Assembly (NCBI GenBank): GCA_002189035.1
Contig: NEEC01000004.1
Coordinates: 3,534,001 to 3,598,000, forward strand
Length of the DNA: 64,000 nucleotides
Source of the DNA: Utricularia gibba
Taxonomy: Eukaryota > Plantae > Magnoliophyta
Reading direction: 5' to 3'
Positions within the stretch are counted from its first letter, which is position 1; every line of letters starts with the position of its first letter. A program made the position numbers and the translations under genes. Shown here piece after piece: positions 61,067-64,000 of this stretch. A model generated the notes under the pieces. That model ran no database searches. It saw only the letters and a program-made list of their open reading frames with translations, and was not told the origin of the DNA.

Positions 61067-62972
61067 AAAAATCCACCTGTTGCAGAGTCCACCAAGGCCC
61101 TATCTATGTATAGAAGACCATCATAAAAATACTTGATCAATGCATTGGTCTGAAATCCATGGTGTGGACAGGAGCCTAGCAGGTTTTTAAAGCGTTCCCA
61201 ATATTCATGTAGAGATTCTCCACTTGTTTGCTCAATGTCACTGATCTCCTTCCTTATTCCTCCAGCTTTTGAAGCAGGGAATTATTTGCTGAGAAATACA
61301 TTCTTCATCCCACTCCAATCTGTGATACTTCCCGGCTTCAAAGAGTTAAACCATGTTTTTGCACTCCCTTCCAGTGTAAATTGGAATGCCCTCAAACAGA
61401 TGGCATCCTCAGTCATACCAGCACTCTTAAAAGAGGTGCAAACAGCAGTCACGTTGTCAAGATGTTCATGGGTTCTCACCCACTTTTCCATAATACTTGG
61501 GCAGAAAATTAATCATAGCTGGCTTCAATTCGTTGGCTGTGTCATCAGAGAACCTAATACACAGCCCTCTGTACGTATGGTCAGCTGCATCAAGCTCATT
61601 CAGGGTCTTCTCCTATTCTGCCATATTGAAATTAGTTTGAGCAACAGCAGCGAGTCTGCTCAACCTTGCTGCTTCTCTCACTCTTGTGCGGTTCTTGCTG
61701 ATAGTTCTCTCGATTTCTGGATGGAAAACAAGATCACCTACACTAGAAGAACGCAAATGCATCAACCGAATCACAAAACAATTAAACACCGCTCCCCGGA
61801 AACGGCGCCAATTTGATAAACGAAAAATTGTACAAGTCGTTAATTGCAAATTTTCCTATCAAATAAATTTATAACCTAACCCACATTCAAGTATAAAACA
61901 ATTATGAGCATAGTGATTAGGGTCGAACACGAAGAGCAGGTGCTTGTCAAGTGATTAGCCAAAGCATGAAATCAGTGTCATGTTGGTAAAATTGGTCTTA
62001 ACTAGGACTAACTCAGGACTACAACGAAATACAGTAAAGAAAAGTAACAAGTTTGGATTCGATAGTTTCTGGAATGGAATGGGTGATACCTTGGAACTCT
62101 TAAGGGATGTATGCATATCACTAAACAAGCTCACATAAATCAAAAATCATTCAACTAACTCACAAGATCTAGGTCTACCCAGATTCTTGTTTTTCCCCCT
62201 AATCTTTGGTCTACCTCTAATTAGGGTTGTTAGTTGGGTTTCACTACTTCCCCCTCCTGGATCTATCCTGCTTTGTTAAGGAAGTAGTGTGACTTATGAT
62301 TTATTAGGTCTAAGGATGGATTAGCATATTTCTCCTCTTCTCACCCCAAGGCATCCCCCTGTAAGTGCTTAGCTACTCATGGTAATGGAAAGTAAAACAT
62401 CTTCATAGCAGATACTGAGCAATATCTTGGCTACAAATGCTAAACAACAACGAGCAATATGAAGCAAAAGTAGGACAAACACTTCGTTCACATAGGAAAT
62501 CCAAATCTAGTCTTAGCTAGGAATAGTAAACATGAAGAACGAAAATAATTTTTCAAGAGAAGCTGTGTTCTTCTAGTTCGTCGTCCCCTCCTTCTTCTTC
62601 TCTTAGAAAAATCTCCAGAAACTTCTCTTGAAATCTCCAAAGGGAGATCTCCTTCTCTCTCCAACTTTCCTCCATTTTTGTTCAAAATCTTCCTTTTTCA
62701 CCTCCTTGGACTTTGTGTGTACTCTTCTTCAAACTTCTGTCACCTTTCCTGCCACCACACTATTCATACTCGGCTCCCTTGGATTTGTGTTGCGACCCAT
62801 GCTGCACTACTCGAAAGGAACTGTTAGAATTGCGATTTAGTCCCAACTAAGACTAAAAGTGCACTCCTACAATACTTATGTGCAAAAATATAGAAACAGG
62901 CAATTAAGCTTACTTTTTGTAGCATAAAATGAGTAAATTCCATGCATTGAGCCACTAAAAAATGTGTTATCA
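61067..62972 (-). mobile_element. Third, 3'-truncated copy of the Athila-like element (LTR 61814-62972)
   Basis: Near-identical to the first two copies. Confidence 0.93.
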
Positions 62973-64000
62973 CAATGCTATCGGGATTTTGTCATTTTCC
63001 ATTTCAACTACTTTTTCATTTTTCTTGGACACTTCTTTTATTGCTTCAGGTTGGTTTGGGCAATATTAAACATAATATGAGTTGATGCTGTGACACGGAT
63101 TATAATAATTAGAAAACAAATTAAGTTTATAAACAATCAAAATTTGACTTATCAAAAAAATAATAAACAACCAACGTTTAATTTTTTCAATGTTTGACAT
63201 TCATTTTTATTTTATAATTTTATGTAATTTTTACATTTAACTTCTTTATAGGTTAAAGTGAGCAATATATTTGAAAATATTTGATTAAGAGAATCAATAA
63301 TAATAATAAGTTAATTTTATAAACGAATTGTGTATGAAATTGTTTTTTATAATTTTTCTAAACACAAAGATATTTTACATATTTTTAAAGAGGGGTAGAC
63401 TTAAAACTTATTTGCCGAAATTTAAAAATATATATATTATCAATGAAGAATTAATATAAATAAGAATAAAGTGTAAAATTATCTTTTATTAATTGGAATT
63501 AAACTATCTATTCTAAATATGCATGCTATTTTAAATATATATTGGTAAATATATATATTTTCATTATATACTACCTATTATTTAAATACAAAAAATTAAA
63601 TATTTAAAATACTCTTTCAAACGCAAACTGTTTATTTTAAAAAAACTCAGGTAAAATAATCGAGTGTGCCTTAATTGCTGTCTGGAAATTTAAACAATTT
63701 TATGAATTAGAAAAAAAAAAAAACGGAGATGCTTCTTCTTCTTCTTTTTTTGTTTTGTTTTGTTTTAACATGGATTGTGCATGAGACGGCAGGGCACCCC
63801 GCAGATTTGGGGAATGCTGTTTGAACCGTTCGTCATTCCATTTTTCTCTCGACCGATGCTCTTCACTTCTTCTCTCGTTTCTCTGCAATGCATTCCTCAT
63901 TTCTTCTCCATCACCTCGACGCTGAACCTTGTTTCTACCACATTTTCACCTAGAACAAAACCCATTTCTCCAACGGAGTGGTTGCTCTGTTGATCGGGGG
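62973..64000 (+). promoter_or_regulatory. Promoter/5' leader of a third ACA9-like copy whose ATG lies just beyond the window
   Basis: Near-identical to the upstream regions of copies 1 and 2 (from 54040 and 58507); the window ends ~30 bp before the expected ATG. Confidence 0.8.

Larger units (their letters stand above)
52138..64000 (+). repeat. Tandem array of a ~4.46-kb unit (starts 52138, 56601, 61067; third unit runs off the window)
   Basis: Identical ORFs recur with offsets of 4463 and 4466 bp. The novel junction ...gcacattcat|aaaaatccacc occurs at 56600/56601 and 61066/61067. Differences I found are only small indels. Confidence 0.97.

Noticed and set aside
1-64000. CRISPR arrays, rRNA or tRNA genes
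   Set aside because: None were seen; the sequence is plant nuclear DNA, and the only tRNA-complementary sites are retroelement PBSs.

Overview
Eudicot plant nuclear DNA. The left half is gene-rich: NAP1 (-), LSM1 (+), a pollen-type LRR receptor kinase (-), the minor-spliceosome protein U11/U12-65K (-), a 3'-truncated P-class PPR gene (+), MED8 (-), a mitochondrial ATP synthase subunit f-like gene (+) and an F-box/kelch gene (-). The right half is a stack of nested, internally deleted LTR retrotransposons plus a hAT-type element. It is followed by a near-identical ~4.46-kb tandem array (2.66 copies visible). Each array unit holds a retroelement 5' LTR/gag fragment and the promoter of an ACA9-like Ca2+-ATPase; the two complete units also hold its exons 1-7. 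Most notable: (i) the array of N-terminal ACA9 fragments with LTRs pointing antisense into the neighbouring copy; (ii) a complex junction at 15.7-16.9 kb where the PPR ORF is cut and joined to 67 bp of a MED8 intron, a short filler and an inverted 1.13-kb copy of the F-box/kelch gene; (iii) a candidate U12-type intron inside the U11/U12-65K gene itself; (iv) a probable 1-bp deletion in a (GGC)n tract that swaps the receptor kinase C-tail. Several indels between duplicates lie in homopolymers, so long-read consensus error is possible throughout. All alignments were done by eye. Arabidopsis homolog names and IDs are recalled from memory, not searched.
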